Source: Oopsacas minuta | Lineage: Eukaryota > Animalia > Porifera | Assembly (NCBI GenBank): GCA_024704765.1 | Contig: JAKMXF010000110.1 | Location: forward strand, 496,001 to 560,000 | Direction of reading: 5' to 3' | DNA: 64,000 bases | Shown here: one piece after another, positions 61,924 to 64,000 of the stretch | Numbering within the stretch: position 1 is the first letter of the stretch | Layout of the letters: every line of letters begins with the position of its first letter | Position numbers and translations under genes: made by a program | Notes under the pieces: model-generated | Databases searched by the model: none | Seen by the model: the letters and a program-made list of their open reading frames with translations, nothing else | What the model was told of the DNA's origin: nothing

Positions 61924-62424
61924 TGACTTTGATATGATAATATCTTTGATAATTGTCTTATTTATATCACAAGTGTAACTACAATATTAATATTTATATC
62001 ACAGCTAATTTGTAATTTGATATAAGGTGTTGTAACTATTATTTTCTACTAATTTATAGGAATAGATTAAGGTACAATTTGCACAGACATAATATGGTAT
62101 AACTCACCAAGTTATTCGTGATTATTTTATTGATGTTTACTGATGTTTGTCTTTGTGTATCTTGTATTTTGTAACTGTAATTATGATCTATTTGTGAGAC
62201 ACAGACGAAAGGGTTCACTAGATAATTGTTACTCGACAACAACATTAGTGTGATTAGTGCATGGTTCATATGTAACTGTACTCTACACTGTTAGCATACG
62301 TCTGTAGCATATTGCATGCATCTTGAAGCAGTCACGATTTCGACCAGCATTCGCAGCAAAATTGTATTACGATACACACAAGATTAGAGATTAGTTTGTA
62401 GATAAGAAACGTATATTCTGATAG

Positions 62425-62988
62425 ATGAAATTCTCGCTGAAAGTGAATACATATAATAAAGGAAACATCTCATCAATATTTCAGGAATCAAACCAGATTA
62501 CAGAAGAAGTAATATCTCACAAACCGAAGAAACCGAAAAACAAGTCTGACAAGACTGCGCTCATTCAGAGACACAAAACGGAAGGAATTCAATTTGCAGA
62601 AAAAGGAGATCTAGAACTTTCCGTAAAGAGCTTTGAAGAGGCAATTAAGCTCTCAACACATGATAGTACCATATTTGAAATGAAGTCTCAAGTTCATTTA
62701 AGATTAAATCAAATATTTCCAGCTATTATAGACGCCCATAAGAGCATAGAACTTTCTCCTACTTGGGGGGCCGCCTACCAGACATTAGGCAGGGCACAAC
62801 TGGGTCACGGTGACTTGGATCTAGCCCTCAAGAATTTTCAAAAGTGTCTCCATTCAGAGCCTGACAATACTGAAGCCAGAGACGAAGACATTCCTTGGTG
62901 TATGGAGCTTGTTAAGCAGAAAAGAATTATGGAAAAGAGAATAAAGTTTCAGTCTGAAATGTCTTTAGAAATGGAAGTAGACTCATAA
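62425..62988 (+). CDS. TTC33: Tetratricopeptide repeat protein 33
   Basis: TPR helices with TTC33-typical motifs EGIQFAE, FEMKSQV, IFPAI, YQTLGRAQLGHG, EDIPW. Single ORF; the ATG directly follows an AG, so an upstream exon is possible. Confidence 0.82.
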   Translation: MKFSLKVNTYNKGNISSIFQESNQITEEVISHKPKKPKNKSDKTALIQRHKTEGIQFAEKGDLELSVKSFEEAIKLSTHDSTIFEMKSQVHLRLNQIFPAIIDAHKSIELSPTWGAAYQTLGRAQLGHGDLDLALKNFQKCLHSEPDNTEARDEDIPWCMELVKQKRIMEKRIKFQSEMSLEMEVDS

Positions 62989-63128
62989 AACTGTAGTATT
63001 TTAAACTTAATAATCGTGTATTTGAATTTGATATTATTTCATAGATTTTAGTGTGAAGCTCCTTAGGGAGACGCCCCTTGGCTATTGCCTGTACCTCCGC
63101 GGTCCCTGAGAAATACTACTCAAAGACA

Positions 63129-63905
63129 ATTCTTATAGAACCATACTTTCAATAACATACTTATGATGAGTATAAATACTCTTTGAATTGTACAATAAGT
63201 TAGGAGGCGAAGTGTTACGTTACTTCGTAAAACAATTTATCAACAGAACATTTGAAGAATTTCTCAACCTAATGACGAAACACGCAACCCTCCTTTTTGG
63301 AAATATTTATACGTGAAGGTCGCCATTAATTAAACTATACAACAAAATTGCATTTGTAACGGGGTTCATTGGTGCAAAAATAAAGCATTTGCACTTGATT
63401 TTCTTGTATTTCCTGTTGTGACTTCACCTCAATAGTTGTGGCTATTCTTATAAACCCATACTTCTCAATAGCTATCTATACAGGAGTATAAATACTCTTT
63501 GAATTGTAAAATAAGTTAGGAGGCTAAGTGTTACGTTACTTCGTAAAAACAATTTATCACCCGGAAAATGCCTGAATTCTTATACAAAATTACGTATTAC
63601 GCAACCCTCCTTTTTGGAAATATTTATAAGTGAAGGCCGCCATTAATTAAGCCATACAACAAATTGTATTTGTAACAGGGATGCTTGGTTTGATTTCCTT
63701 GTATTTTTCTATTGAGAAAATCACCTCAATAGTTGTGGCTATTCTTATAAACCCATACTTCTCAATAGCTATCTATACAGGAGTATAAATAATATTTGAG
63801 AACATGAGTAAGTGGAGGCTAAGTTTTACGTTACTTCGTTACACAAAATTTTTATCAAATGGTTGGTCAAAACATACAAATAACGTAACACGCGACCCTC
63901 CTTAT
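63129..63905. repeat. Tandem repeat, unit ~297-316 bp, ~2.6 diverged copies
   Basis: gagtataaata recurs at 63168, 63484 and 63781; attcttataRacccatact at 63129, 63444 and 63741; gttacgttacttcgt and cgcRaccctcctt are present in each unit. Confidence 0.9.
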
Positions 63906-63936
63906 TGCAACAGAATTGAATTGAAACTATGGATTA

Positions 63937-63992
63937 CAGTGTAACCTCCAGAAGCGGGAGGACTAATCTCCCCGCTTCGAGAGGTCTCACTG
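63937..63992. mobile_element. 56-bp near-palindromic mini-MITE (TA target)
   Basis: TA-cagtgtaacctccagaagcgggag...ctccccgcttcgagaggtctcactg-TA; almost entirely terminal inverted repeat. Confidence 0.85.
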
Positions 63993-64000
63993 TAATCAGG

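Noticed and set aside
63129-63905. CRISPR-like array
   Set aside because: Units are ~300 bp with similarity throughout, there are no unique spacers or cas genes, and the context is eukaryotic.

Overview
AT-rich, intron-containing eukaryotic (metazoan) genomic DNA. The gene style (tiny introns, dense MITEs, intronless TRIM/NHL expansion) resembles a sponge such as a hexactinellid, but that is inference only. The left half (5-31.6 kb) holds five spliced housekeeping genes: CPT1 (-), RAB3IP/Rabin8 (-), LYAR (+), FYCO1 (+) and TBC1D15/17 (+). The right half looks like an accessory or defence region. It contains (1) a recent tandem pair, plus a decayed third copy, of secreted, probably GPI-anchored ependymin-like proteins whose differences are mostly amino-acid changing; (2) four co-oriented single-exon RING-Bbox-Bbox-coiled-coil-NHL-like TRIM genes with two hypervariable loops; (3) a coiled-coil-NHL gene truncated by a transposon; and (4) TTC33 followed by a ~300-bp tandem repeat. 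Introns and spacers carry many non-autonomous DNA transposons (three TA-target CAGT MITE families, hAT MITEs with 8-bp TSDs, Helitron/Helentron-type elements) and an integrase remnant. Exon boundaries were read by eye and are approximate. Several supplied ORFs start at TTG/CTG/GTG and were trimmed to ATG. No tRNA, rRNA or CRISPR was recognised.
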